Assembly: GCA_950097015.1 (NCBI GenBank)
Contig: CATNEN010000024.1
Coordinates: 4,712,001-4,776,000 of the forward strand
Source of the DNA: Macrostomum hystrix
Taxonomy: Eukaryota; Animalia; Platyhelminthes
Direction of reading: 5' to 3'
Length of the DNA: 64,000 nucleotides
Below the pieces are notes generated by a model. It saw nothing but the letters and a program-made list of their open reading frames with translations. It ran no database searches and was not told where the DNA came from. Below are positions 47,460 to 60,443 of this stretch, in pieces; position 1 is the first letter of the stretch, and each line of letters begins with the position of its first letter. The translations under genes were made by a program, and so were the position numbers.

Positions 47460-50413
47460 ATGTCGGATCCTGCCAGAACCGAGGCTGGCGCGGACGAAGA
47501 GGACGGCAGCAAGAAGCTATTCGGAGGAAAACGCGGCGAGGCAGCCCCAGCCGCTAGTCGGGAATCGGGGGATGCCGGCCTACTAGAGTACTCTATGAAC
47601 AATGTCAAGCGGGGCACCTGCATTGTCTTCAATCAGGTTGTTGCTATGCAGTGCTATTATTTTCGTATCTGTGTGCTTAACAGTAGAAAGACCACGGTAG
47701 GGTGTGTCACTGTAGCCTGAATACATTGCTTTTGCCTGCCTCAGCGCCGCTTGTGTTTTTATATATTTATTTATTTTTAGTATTGAAAAGCACTGACGAT
47801 AGATATTTTGCAAACAGACTATATTTAGAAAAACTGCACGTTCAAACTAGTCTACTAGCAGGGGACTTACCCAGGGCAGGGGGATATAGCGTGGTCTTTC
47901 TTACCCAGGGGGATATGGCGTGGTCTTTCTTACCCAGGGGGATATGGCGTGGTCTTTCTTACCCGGGGGGATATAGCGTGGTCTTTCTTACCCAGGGGGA
48001 TATAGCGTGGTCTTTCTTACCCAGGGGGATATAGCGTGGTCTTTCTTACCCAGGGGGATATAGCGTGGTCTTTCTTACCCAGGGGGATATAGCGTGGTCT
48101 TTCTTACCCAGGGGGATATAGCGTGGTCTTTCTTACCCAGGCGGATATAGCGTGGTCTTTCTTACCCAGGGGGATATAGCGTGGTCTTTCTACAGTTAAA
48201 AGTCCATATATAATCCGCTTTAAGTTTCTCTAGGATAAAACCACGGATTGAATAGATGGAATAAAAATGAAACTTTACTCAGTTGGAACAGATGTACGAG
48301 CTTACCAAAGACTGCTGGTGTAGTCTATGGACTAAGAGGGGCCACTACAACAACCAGAATTTCTGAACTAGCTACCCATTTTAAAGTCTAATTACCCTAC
48401 CTGATCCTCTGTTAATTATCCTACCTGATCCTCAGTTAATTACCCTACCAGATCATCTGTTAATTATCCGACCTGATCCTCTGTTAATTATCCGACCTGA
48501 TCCTCAGTTAATTACCCTACCTGATCCTCTGTTAATTACCCTACCTGATCCTCAGTTAATTATCCTACCTGATCCTCTGTTAATTACCCTACCTGATCCT
48601 CAGTTAATTATCCTACCTGATCCTCAGTTAATTATCCTTCCTGATCCTCAGGTAATTACCCTACCTGATCCTCAGTTAATTATCCTTCCTGATCCTCAGG
48701 TAATTACCCTACCTGATCCTCAGTTAATTATCCTACCTGATCCTCAGGTAATTACCCTACCTGATCCTCGGTTAATTACCCTACCTGATCCTCAGTTAAT
48801 TATCCTACCTTGTCCTCAGGTAAATACCCTACCTGATCCTCGGTTAATTATCCTACCTGATCCTCAGTTAATTATCCTACCTTGTCCTCAGGTAATTACC
48901 CTACCTGATCCTCTGTTAATTATCCTACCTGATCCTCAGTTAATTGTCCTACGTTCTGAACCGAAATTTCTAAACCAGCTGCCCATTTTACAGTTAGTTG
49001 AACTAAAGAACTATACTATATTGAGTATAAAACCTGCTTTCGTATTTGCACCTGGCCTTAAAGGTGGAATTCCATCAGCGCACCGGCCAGTCGAAACGCG
49101 CCGGCTCAGACGTCGACGCTGATAATCTAGAGCGCAGCTTCAAGAATCTCGGCTTCACCGTGAAAACCTTTCGCAACCTGACCTGCAAAAACATTCTCTC
49201 CGTCATGGAGGAGACCGCCTCCGCCGATCATTCTAAAAGCGACTGCCTGGCCGTGGCAATGCTGTCGCACGGCGAAGACGGCTGCGTGTACGGCTTCGAC
49301 GGTCGGCTGCGGCTGGAACTGCTGGCCCGCGCGGTTCGGCCTGACAAATGCCCCGGACTGGCTGGCAAACCTAAGCTGTTCTTTTTTCAGGTGCGCCTGG
49401 GGCCTCCAATTCAGGCTGGCAATCTACCCCTTGGTATTCCCCTGTTAGCGTTGGCATTCTAACCCCTTTGGGATTCCCCTGTTAGCGTTGGCATTCTAAC
49501 CCCTTGGGATTCCCCTGTTAGCGTTGGCATTCTAGCCCCTTGGGATTCCCCTGTTAGCGTTGGCATTCTAGCCCCTTGGGATTCCCCTGTTAGCGTTGGC
49601 ATTCTAGCCCCTTTGGGATTCCCCAGTTTGGGCTGGCATTTTACCTATTGGGATTTCCGAGTTCCCGAGTCTGGCAGTTTACCCCTTAGGGTTCCTCTGT
49701 TTGGGCTGCCTATCCTTTAGATCCATTGGGATTCCCCTGTTTTGGCTGGCAATCTACCTTTTGGGATTCCCCAGTTCTGGCGCCATTCTACCAATTTAAG
49801 ATTTATCAGATTGGGTGAATATTATATTCCTATTATATCCTATTATTTTTACTACTAGTTTACCCACTTTAATGAAATATTTTTCCCTGGTATTTCTTGT
49901 TGGTGTGGCCATTCTTCTCTTGGAATTCCCCATTTTATCCACCATTATCCCAATAGACATTTTCCAGTGAAAGTCGCCATTACTACGCCTTGATATACAA
50001 AATTCGTTATTTTGTCATTTTGCTTCTAATTACAGGCCTGCCGCGGCAGCGAATACGACAAGGGTGTCCTGGTGCACGAAGTTGCCGACGGCGACGCCGA
50101 TGACAAGCTGGACGCGGCTAGCAGGCTGACCCGAATTCCGCTCGAGTCGGACTTCCTGTTCTTCTATTCCACTCCGCCCGGTTACTACAGCTGGCGCAAC
50201 GATGTGGACGGCAGCTGGTTTGTCCAGCAGCTCTGCCGGGCGCTGAACCAGTACGGCGACAGTGTCGAGCTGACCCACCTGTTGCTCATTGTGCAACGCC
50301 TAGTTGCGGCTGATTTTCAAAGCCGCACCAACGAGGAGAAGACCAGCGGAATGAAGCAGATTCCAGTGTCTGTTAGCACCTTGCGCAAGCTGGTATATTT
50401 CAAGAGAAAGTAA
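47460..50413 (+). CDS. CASP3/CASP7: Effector caspase, caspase-3/7-like, 3 exons, 293 aa
   Basis: Exons 47460-47636, 49064-49390 and 50036-50413, all phase 0 (882 nt). Short prodomain, RGTCIVFNQ, RAGSDVDA, catalytic His in MLSHG, KPKLFFFQ|ACRG (QACRG split by intron 2), small subunit IPLESDFLFFYSTPPGYYSWRN...GSWFVQ and SVSTLRK. Confidence 0.94.
47868..48191. repeat. 29-bp minisatellite, caspase intron 1
   Basis: Unit cagggggatatagcgtggtctttcttacc. Confidence 0.95.
48392..48950. repeat. 24-bp minisatellite, caspase intron 1
   Basis: Unit ttaattaccctacctgatcctcag. Confidence 0.95.
49420..49790. repeat. 36-bp minisatellite with a decaying 3' side, caspase intron 2
   Basis: Unit cccttgggattcccctgttagcgttggcattctagc. 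Confidence 0.88.
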
Positions 50414-50609
50414 CTCCACGGCCGTCTGTGATACAAACATTTTTTGCTGGATTTTTACCTGGCTTTTTTCTACACTTTTATCCCTGTTCTGTGTACTAAT
50501 CTTTTTCTGGTGTCTAACCATTCATTGACCTAGCGCCATTGCACTTTTTTAAATGAAATAAGTACAACATATCTAAACTGATATTCCCTTATAAAGACTC
50601 ACCGTGATC

Positions 50610-51445
50610 TGATTCCTAATTATTCTACCTGATTCTCAGTTAATTACCTTAACTGATCCTCTGTTAATTACCCTTCCTGATCCTCAGTTAATTATCCTAC
50701 CTGATCCTCAGTTAATTACCCTTCCTGATCCTGGTAAATTGCCTTAACTGATCCTCAGTTAATTACCCTACCTGATCTTCAGTTAATTATCCTACCTGAT
50801 CCTCATTTAATTAACCTACCTGATCCTCAGTTAATTACCCTACCTGATCTTCAGTTAATTACCCTACCTGATCCTCAGTTAATTATCCTACCTGATCCTC
50901 ATTTAATTAACCTACCTGATCCTCAGTTAATTAACCTACCTGATCCTCAGTTAATTACCCTACCTGATCTTCAGTTAATTATCCTACCTGATCCTCATTG
51001 AATTAACCTACCTGATCCTCAGTTAATTACCCTAACTGATCCTCAGTTAATTACCCTTCCTGATCCTGGTTAATTACCTTAAATGATCCTCTGTTAATTG
51101 CCCTTCCTGATCCTCAGTTAATTATCCTACCTGATCCTCACTTAATTACCCTAACTGATATCCAAAGTTAATTACCCTACCTGATATCCAAAGTTAATTA
51201 CCCTACCTGATATCCAATGTTAATTACCCTACCTGATATCCAAAGTTAATTACCGTACCTGATATCCAAAGTTAATTACCCTACCTGATATCCAATGTTA
51301 ATTACCCTACCTGATATCCAAAGTTAATTACCCTACCTGATATCCAATGTTAATTACCCTACCTGATATCCAAAGTTAATTACCCTACCTGATATCCAAA
51401 GTTAATTACCCTACCTGATATCCAAAGTTAAAAACACTACCTGGT
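50610..51445. repeat. 24-bp minisatellite (same family as 48392-48950) switching to a 25-bp variant
   Basis: ttaattaccctacctgatcctcag, then ttaattaccctacctgatatccaa(a/t)g from about 51150. Confidence 0.93.
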
Positions 51446-52054
51446 CCTCAGATAAGCACTTTGTGTGATCCCCATCATAAGCAATTTACCGATGCCAAAC
51501 ACCTGATCAGTTTTTTACAGCAGTTTTTTTTTTTTTTAACTAAAAGGCGATGATCTACGCTCGTGATGTTGTTCTTTCTTTGTGTAAACTTCTTTTTTAG
51601 TTTTTTGGTTTTTAGACTTTACTTGTTTATTTATTCAATTCATTTCTATTCAGGTGCTTTTCTCCTTACAAACAGTCAAGCCGCCACGTGAAATGCGTTT
51701 TCCGTCCTACCAACTTGACTTAAATTTTATTTCCTAAAAGCAGTTTCCAATTGTTTCTTTTGGTAAAATTTATCGAAAAATGTTTCACTTTTTGTTATTT
51801 TTATCTGAGCTTCTGCCAAAATTGTTTTGCTATGAAAACAGACTTAATACAGCTAATATTTATATTGAGATAATTGTTCAATATGTTAGCTTAACAGGTT
51901 TTAATTAGAAATTAAAACATTTACATCGACATTTTTACTGATTGCTTTGATGTGCTCTGATGTTTAACTCCAATAGCACAAACTAAATACAGAACAATTA
52001 TTTTCTCATTTCTTTTGTAAACAGTTTTGCCTGCAAACAGGTTTTTCCACCCTG

Positions 52055-53218
52055 TCCACCTGCTCACAGTTCAGGTTCTGGTCCACCTGCACACAGTTCA
52101 GGTTCTGGTCCACCTGCTCATAGTTCAGGTTCTGGTCCACCTGCACACAGTTGAGGTTCTGGTCCACCTGCTCACAGTTCAGGTTCTGGTCCACCTGCTC
52201 ACAGTTCAGGTTCTGGTCCACCTGCTCACAGTTCAGGTTCTGGTCCTCCTGCACACAGTTCAGGTTCTGGTCCACCTGCACACAGTTCAGGTTCTGGTCC
52301 ACCTGCTCATAGTTCAGGTTCTGGTCCACCTGCACACAGTTGAGGTTCTGGTCCTTCTGCACACAGTTCAGGTTCTGGTCCACCTGTACTGCACACAGTT
52401 GAGGTTCCGGTCCTCCTGCACACAGTTCAGGTTCTGGTCCACCTGCACACAGTTCAGGTTCTGGTCCACCTGCACACAGTTCAGGTTCCGGTCCTCCTGC
52501 ACACAGTTCAGGTTCTGGTCCTCCTGCACACAGTTCAGGTTCTGGTCCTCCTGCACACAGTTCAGGTTCTGGTCCTCCTGCACACAGTTCAGGTTCTGGT
52601 CCTCCTGCACACAGTTCAGCTTCTGGTCCTCCTGCACACAGATCAGGTTCTGGTCCTCCTGCACACAGTTCAGCTTCTGGTCCTCCTGCACACAGATCAG
52701 GTTCTGGTCCTCCTGCACACAGTTCAGCTTCTGGTCCTCCTGCACACAGATCAGGTTCTGGTCCTCCTGCACACAGTTCAGGTTCTGGTCCACCTGCACT
52801 GCACACAGTTCAGGTTTTGGTCCTCCTGCACACAGTTCAGGTTCTGGTCCTCCTGCACACAGTTCAGCTTCTGGTCCTCCTGCACACAGTTCAGGTTCTG
52901 GTCCTCCTGCACACAGTTCAGGTTCTGGTCCTCCTGCACACAGTTCAGGTTCTGGTCCTCCTGCACACAGTTCAGGTTCTGGTCCTCCTGCACACTGTTC
53001 AGGTTCTGGTCCACCTGCACACAGTTCAGGTTCTGGTCCTCCTGCACACAGTTCAGCTTCTGGTCCTCCTGCACACAGTTCAGCTTCTGGTCCTCCTGCA
53101 CACAGTTCAGGTTCTGGTCCTCCTGCACACAGTTCAGGTTCTGGTCCTCCTGCACACAGTTCAGGTTCTGGTCCTCCTGCACACAGTTCAGGTTCTGGTC
53201 CTCCTGCACACAGTTCAG
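52055..53218. repeat. 27-bp minisatellite, about 42 units
   Basis: Unit cagttcaggttctggtcc(a/t)cctgcaca, with two 5-nt insertions near 52387 and 52797. Confidence 0.97.
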
Positions 53219-53974
53219 GAATTTTCGGAAGCAAAAGCCGATATATTCCGCTATGAGTAGTCATATCGGATCCTATTCGGTGTGTGGCGCGATCCTTATT
53301 GGAGAATCCGGCTGCGAGACGATACGCAAGTTTCATTTTCTAACTCCACTTAGGCTTCTGCTCGCTTCTCAGCTGGGTCACATCGACTCAAGCCGCTCGA
53401 TATGGGGGTGTCTGCTCTTTGCGTGTTTTTGAGTTCGGCCTTTTTGAGTTGCGCCTCAGAAGTAGCCGCCGTATCCAAATAGCCGAGTGGGTCACTTGTC
53501 AGCAGCGTCGAGTGTCATCCACCCCATCTCCCAGCACTGGAGTCTAATGCCACCTATTTAGATCCTTTGTCCCTCTTTCTTTCCTGCTCAAGTAATTGAG
53601 CCGTGCGAGTATATTAAGTCGCCCTCTCCATTGATTACGCAATCACTCGCCGCCGCCACCGCCGCCGCTTCAACCAATTTTTCGACTTATATACTGTATA
53701 TGCATATTTACCCATACTGGCTGAATTTTCTTGCCATTTTCTAGAATGCCGGCCCTTCTAAAGAGCCGGGTCTGTCTCAACTGGAAGCGTGGCGTCTGGC
53801 GATCTGGCTGTTGTTGGTTTCCGAAGAATTTCATTTCGTCCATTCATCTTCAGATGGCTAGCAATTCGGATAGATTTGACTGCCGGGAACTATAAGAAAT
53901 TGTGACATTTAGTGCATTTTACATGATAACTTAAGATTTGATGGTAGTATTGTATATGAAATGATATATGAGAT

Positions 53975-55020
53975 CATGGTCATAGTTATATCAGATCATT
54001 CTCATAGCCATATGAGATCATGGTCATAGTCATATCAGATCATTCTCATAGCCATATGAGATCATGGTCATAGTCATATCAGATCATTCTCATAGCCATA
54101 TGAGATCATGGTCATAGTCATATGAGATCATTCTCATAGCCATATGAGATCATGGTCATAGTCATATGAGATCATGGTCATAGTCATATCAGATCATTCT
54201 CATAGCCATATGAGATCATGGTCATAGCCATATGAGATCATGGTCATAGCCATATGAGATCATGGTCATAGCCATATGAGATCATGGTCATAGTCATATC
54301 AGATCATTCTCATAGCCATATGAGATCATGGTCATAGCCATATGAGATCATTGTCATAGTCATATCAGATCATTCTCATAGCCATATGCATGGTCATAGC
54401 CATATCAGATCATTCTCATAGTCATATCAGATCATTCTCATAGTCATATCAGATCATTCTCATAGTCATATCAGATCATTCTCATAACCAAATGAGATCA
54501 TTCTCATAGCCAAATGATATCATTCTCATAGCCAAATGATATCATTCTCATAGCCAAATGAGATCATTCTCATAGCCAAATGATATCATTCTCATAGCCA
54601 AATGATATCATTCTCATAGCCAAATGATATCATTCTCATAGCCAAATGAGATCATTCTCATAGCCAAATGATATCATTCTCATAGTCATATGAGATCATT
54701 CTCATAGCCAAATGAGATCATTCTCATAGCCAAATGAGATCATTCTCATAGCCAAATGAGATCATTCTCATAGCCAAATGAGATCATTCTCATAGCCAAA
54801 TGATATCATTCTCATAGCCAAATGATATCATTCTCATAGCCAAATGAGATCATTCTCATAGCCAAATGAGATCATTCTCATAGCCAAATGATATCATTCT
54901 CATAGTCATATGAGATCATTCTCATAGCCAAATGATATCATTCTCATGGTCATATGAGATCATTCTCATAGCCAAATGAGATCATTCTCATAGTCATATG
55001 AGATCATTCTCATAGCCATA
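53975..55020. repeat. 22-bp minisatellite with polarised variants
   Basis: Units agatcatggtcatagtcatat(c/g) grading to agatcattctcatagccaaatg. Confidence 0.96.
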
Positions 55021-56239
55021 TTAGCAAGCTTTTGTCTTTTAGCGGTACATCAAAAGGCTTTCTAGGATTCAGTTTTGTTTCACAGCAACAGTAGCTACAT
55101 TAGTTACAGTATGCTTATGACGTGTAGAAGGTGGAATAAACAGCATTGCCGAATATAAGCGCGACGAAAATAGGTAAGCAATCTGTTGACTAATAAAGAC
55201 TATAATAAAGGCATTATCTTCTTTAATCTCTTCCGGAAAGAACAATTTTTTGCAGGCGGCAAACATTAAACGCGAATAAAATAGCGGCGGAGAAGTGGGA
55301 GTTCTAAAGGGGAGGGGAAATAGGGGTGTGGTTGTTGGCCGCTGCATCGGCGACCCGATGGCCCGCCTGTCTGCCGCGACGGCGTCGGCGGCTGTGGCCG
55401 CAGCATCAAATCTGTCTCTCAACCCTCCGGACAATTTTTCCCTTTTCCCTTTTCTTGCCTGCACCTTCGCCGCCTCTCGGATTAGCGACTTGAGCCCACG
55501 AAACACACGTGCGGGCTGGACGGCGGTGCGACTCACAAAATAAAGAAAAAATCTGAGACTATGGGGGTGCATGGAAGTTTGCGCTGTCTGGCATGGCCCA
55601 TAAAAAACTGGAGCCTTCCTTTGAGGATTTGAGCTGGCGGCGGCAACGGGGTGGCGGCGGCGGCGGCGGCTCTGGCGGCGGTCGGAGTACAAAAAGGCAA
55701 GTTGAGGAGGGCGGATGAGGCGAGCAACGGAAAAAGAAGAAGGTAGTGTTCCCCCCTCCTCCACAGCCACCTCAAAAAAAGAAAAAAGTCGTCTATAAAA
55801 TCTCTCCCCGCCTCTCCTTCTCATTCTTGCGGCGCTGCTCAAATCGCTCAAACTGGGCTGAGTAAATCTCTCTTCGCCTGCATCATCAAAGCCGGCTCCG
55901 CTGTGTTTGCGGCCGGCGGATGCCATTTTGTGAGGCCACAGGATGGGGTGGCGTGGGGGATGGTTGGGACAACAAAGGCGGGGATTTCGGGCTGGGAAGC
56001 CAGTTGACAGACTAGAGGCCGATTCAGAATGAATGATGGGGCAGGGAGGCGGAGACTGGCATTTGATGAGCAAATCAAATACACCGAGATGCAACAGGCC
56101 CTGCAGGCTCGGAGAGCACTTTTGAAAATTTTGAGTCAGCTCGTGGGACAGGGGTCCGCCATCTTAGCCCCTGGTGCTAGGAACAAAAAACAAAGCAAAG
56201 CATCCGCCATGTGTAATCCTTCCGACTGCTAACAGCTCC

Positions 56240-56560
56240 TCTCATCTCATATCTCTACTCATCTCATATCTCTACTCATCTCATATCTCTACTCATCTCA
56301 TATCTCTACTCATCTCATATCTCTACTCATCTCATATCTCTACTCATCTCATATCTCTACTCATCTCATATCTCTACTCATCTCATATCTCTACTCATCT
56401 CATATCTCTACTCATCTCATATCTCTACTCATCTCATATCTCTACTCATCTCATATCTCTACTCATCTCATATCTCTACTCATCTCATATCTCTACTCAT
56501 CTCATATCTCTACTCATCTCATATATCTACTCATCTCATATCTTTACTGTCTCATATTAT
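56240..56560. repeat. 17-bp minisatellite
   Basis: Unit tctactcatctcatatc. Confidence 0.96.
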
Positions 56561-56629
56561 ATCTATACTCTCTTATCATACTTCTGTCCCATGTCTGTCA
56601 CTTCTTATCTCTCTAGCATATAATCCGTC

Positions 56630-56880
56630 TCATGTCTCCTCACTCCCCTGTCTAATCTCTCCCGTGTCTCCTCACTCCCCTGTCTAATCTCTCCCGTGTC
56701 TCCTCACTCCCCTGTCTAATCTCCCCCGTGTCTCCTCACTCCCCTGTCTAATCTCCCCCGTGTCTCCTCACTCCCCTGTCTAATCTCTCCCGTGTCTCCT
56801 CACTCCCCTGTCTAATCTCTCCCATGTCTCCTCACTCCCCTGTCTAATCTCTCCCGTGTCTCCTCACTCCCCTGTTTAAT
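56630..56880. repeat. 32-bp minisatellite
   Basis: Unit tgtctcctcactcccctgtctaatctctcccg. Confidence 0.95.
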
Positions 56881-57603
56881 ATTCCCCTATATCATTTCTC
56901 CCATATCTCATCTCTCCTATCTCACGTCTCTCCACTGTCAATAATCCGACCCGCTCTTGTATTTTAGACTCAATCGTTAGAGCAGGGGAAGTGCATAACA
57001 ATGACCCCAACCCGGAACCCGGATATTGAACTCTCCCTGCCGACTTCAATCATTTTTTAATAGATTTTTTATTACGATACTAAATAAATTTTATGACGGC
57101 CAATTGTAGGCAAACAATCATTTTTCTTCAGACACTTCTGATTAGGATATGCTTATTTTGTGTTTAGCTTTTTGGCTTTTCATAGCTTTAATATAAAGTA
57201 ATATAGCTACCTTGCATTAAAATTCTAAATGGATTACATTATTACCCAGTAGTCCATTGTAAAATGGCGAAAATGGAGCCATAAACTGTGCACTTTAATC
57301 GATCGTGTGCTATAGTACATTCACACACGCAAGTTAATTAAACATCGTAACTGAATTGATTAGAAAAAAATTTTGATTATAATGAGCTCAAAACTGTGAG
57401 CTACGAGTATTTTTACTCAAGAATTTTTAGCATTTTCTGATTCTGATTTAGCAGGAAGAACTAGCTAGAGAGTCAGATCAAGAGAATAAATGAGCAATTT
57501 TGGATGACTCATTGCAGACAAGTACAATGGCCTTTCTTGTCGGCTTGACACTTTGCTAGTGTCAAAAGAACTGTACCGTTAAGGCTTTGGGACGCGTTCT
57601 TTG

Positions 57604-58660
57604 CTCAGTCACAGATCATTCAGTCACAGATCATTCAGTCACAGACCATTCAGTCACAGACCATTCAGTCACAGACCATTCAGTCTTCATTCAGTCATCA
57701 TTCAGTTACAGATCATTCAGTCATCATTCAGTCTCAGATCATTCAGTCTTCATTCAGTCATCATTCAGTTACAGATCATTCAGTCACAGACCATTCAGTC
57801 ATCATTCAGTCATCATTCAGTCATCATTCAGTCATCATTCAGTCACAGATCATTCAGTCACAGATCATTCAGTCACAGACCATTCAGTCTTCATTCAGTC
57901 ATCATTCAGTCACAGATCATTCAGTCACAGATCATTCAGTCACAGACCATTCAGTCACAGACCATTCAGTCTTCATTCAGTCATCATTCAGTCACAGATC
58001 ATTCAGTCACAGACCATTCAGTCACAGACCATTCAGTCTTCATTCAGTCATCATTCAGTCACAGATCATTCAGTCACAGACCATTCAGTCACAGACCATT
58101 CAGTCTTCATTCAGTCATCATTCAGTCACAGATCATTCAGTCACAGACCATTCAGTCACAGATCATTTAGTCACAGACCATTCAGTCTTCATTCAGTCAT
58201 CATTCAGTTACAGATCATTCAGTCACAGATCATTTAGTCACAGATCATTCAGTCACAGATCATTTAGTCACAGACCATTCAGTCATCATTCAGTCACAGA
58301 TCATTCAGTCACAGACCATTCAGTCACAGACCATTCAGTCTTCATTCAGTCATCATTCAGTCACAGATCATTCAGTCACAGACCATTCAGTCACAGACCA
58401 TTCAGTCTTCATTCAGTCATCATTCAGTCACAGATCATTCAGTCACAGACCATTCAGTCACAGATCATTTAGTCACAGACCATTCAGTCTTCATTCAGTC
58501 ATCATTCAGTTACAGATCATTCAGTCACAGATCATTTAGTCACAGATCATTCAGTCACAGACCATTCAGTCACAGACCATTCAGTCTTCATTCAGTCATC
58601 ATTCAGTTACAGATCATTCAGTCATCATTCAGTCTCAGATCATTCAGTCATCATTCAGTC
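57604..58660. repeat. Compound 15/11/10-bp minisatellite
   Basis: Modules cagtcacagatcatt, cagtcatcatt and cagtcttcatt are interleaved. Confidence 0.96.
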
Positions 58661-59475
58661 TTTAAATTAAGCTGAATTAATAAGTGATTTAAATTTCCTA
58701 AAAATTAATCGATGGAATTCCATATACGAGCTCTCTGCGTCACAGAATTAAAAATGTTGAACTTTTTGAAGGTCTATAACGTTTTTTCTTTTTTTTAGAG
58801 CCGCCTGACGTCAGTATTGGTCGCACTGTGTGTCACACACACACTCACACACACACCAGTGCTAATATTTTTTCACCTTTTTAACGGTTAGCCACCGCCA
58901 CTTTAGCCGCAAACTGGAGAACCCCCATCCACAGCAACCCCATACCTGCCAAAACCCAGACTTCAAAACCTCCACGTGGGTTTGGAGGAGTGGGTCATTG
59001 GGGTGAATAGTACTGTCGGCGTCTCTCTTTATTCTTTTATAATATATATTCTCTCTATCCTTCTCTCTTCTCTGCTTCTTCTAAGCGGACGGAGCGATGC
59101 CGCCTTAGCGGTTAAAACTGCACCGCGCCGGCCACCCACCCCACTCCGCTTGGCTGTCAGCGTTTAGTCTCCGCCCCACCGACCCCATCAGCCTCTATAA
59201 GTTCTGCTTCTCTTATGAGCTGAAATGAGCAGTTATAGATAGACACAGACGCTGTGGTAGCTCACTAGCTAGTATTATATTAAAATGAAATGAAACCAGT
59301 GGGCGGGTCATAGCTCTTATCAATAGTATAGACATTTTCAATGCAAAGCCTTGTTTGCTTTTTATATTCTACCAGCAGATCAGCACTGTGATGAGTTTGT
59401 GCCACACCAGAGCGCAGGTTGAAGCTAGGAGCGAAACCAACGATATCTGCCCGTGGCCGATTTTGCAAAAGCAGG

Positions 59476-59660
59476 GCATGAAATTTCGTTTCATTTCAGC
59501 CTGGTAATTGCCAAGGCGTTTTTGCCATAGACAAAAGTTGTCTTTGGCAAATGAAACTAAATTGTCTTGTCTGCAGCATGAAATTTCGTTTTATTTCAGC
59601 CCGGTTATTGCCGAGGCGTTTTTGCCATAGACAAACGTTCCAGGCATGAAATTTCTTTTT
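59476..59660. repeat. Triplicated block (periods about 100 and 68 bp)
   Basis: gcatgaaatttc starts at 59476, 59576 and 59644; the first two continue ...catttcagcc.ggt.attgcc.aggcgtttttgccatagacaaa. Confidence 0.75.
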
Positions 59661-60443
59661 TTTTTCAACGAAGGTTCTACGTCGACAGCTCGCGCAATTT
59701 GATTGGGTTATAAGCGGGCGTCATCGCCGTCATCCTCCAATTCCCAATTGGGGAGAATTCTACTGGCTTCAAGCATTTTTTCATTTTTCCAACGGAGAGA
59801 AAGAAGGAGAGAGCGGCAAACATCAAAGGAAGGGTGGGTTATATGGGTGGCAGGGGGGACAATGGCTCCAACGACACGCACGCACACACACACGCGCATC
59901 GCAGGTTTGTCCAATAGCAGGCGTTGACACACCCCAATAAGATTTCTGAGCCCAAAAACTCTAACAAAACAGAGTTTTGCATGCCTGCCACACACACCGT
60001 ACTGACGCCCTGGAGTCCGCCATCGCGTCAACCTCAAGCCCAGTGTTTCTCTTCAAAATCTCCGTATTTTTCTCCAACCCGATACCGACGGACAGATTTT
60101 CTAGGAAATATTCGGCGGCTCATTTTGCCCACTAACAAAAATCTTCAATCCGATTAGTTTGAAAGACGGCTTGGCTGTGGTGAGTAGCGATTGTTTCTAT
60201 GCTGTTTATTAGAATAAATCTGGCTTTTTACATCGACAATATTTTCGACACACTTCAACTTAAATATATTTAAAGTAAAATGAGAAACTTTTAAATTATA
60301 TAAAAAATATTAATTTATTCACTCCATCACAAAGAGAGACTAGATAAAAGAGAGAGAGAAGAGATCAGAAACAGAATATATCAAAGAGAAACTAGACCAG
60401 AGCGAGAGAGAACTAGCATAGTTCAGAGACGAAATCGATAATA

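Noticed and set aside
52006-53336. (GPPAHSSGS)n and (LCAGGPEPE)n ORFs as a structural or adhesive protein
   Set aside because: 27-bp repeat open on both strands; two 5-nt insertions shift the frame; no signal peptide or splice context.
55069-56094. 341-aa minus-strand ORF
   Set aside because: Low-complexity GC-rich sequence with no recognisable domain and composition unlike the real exons.
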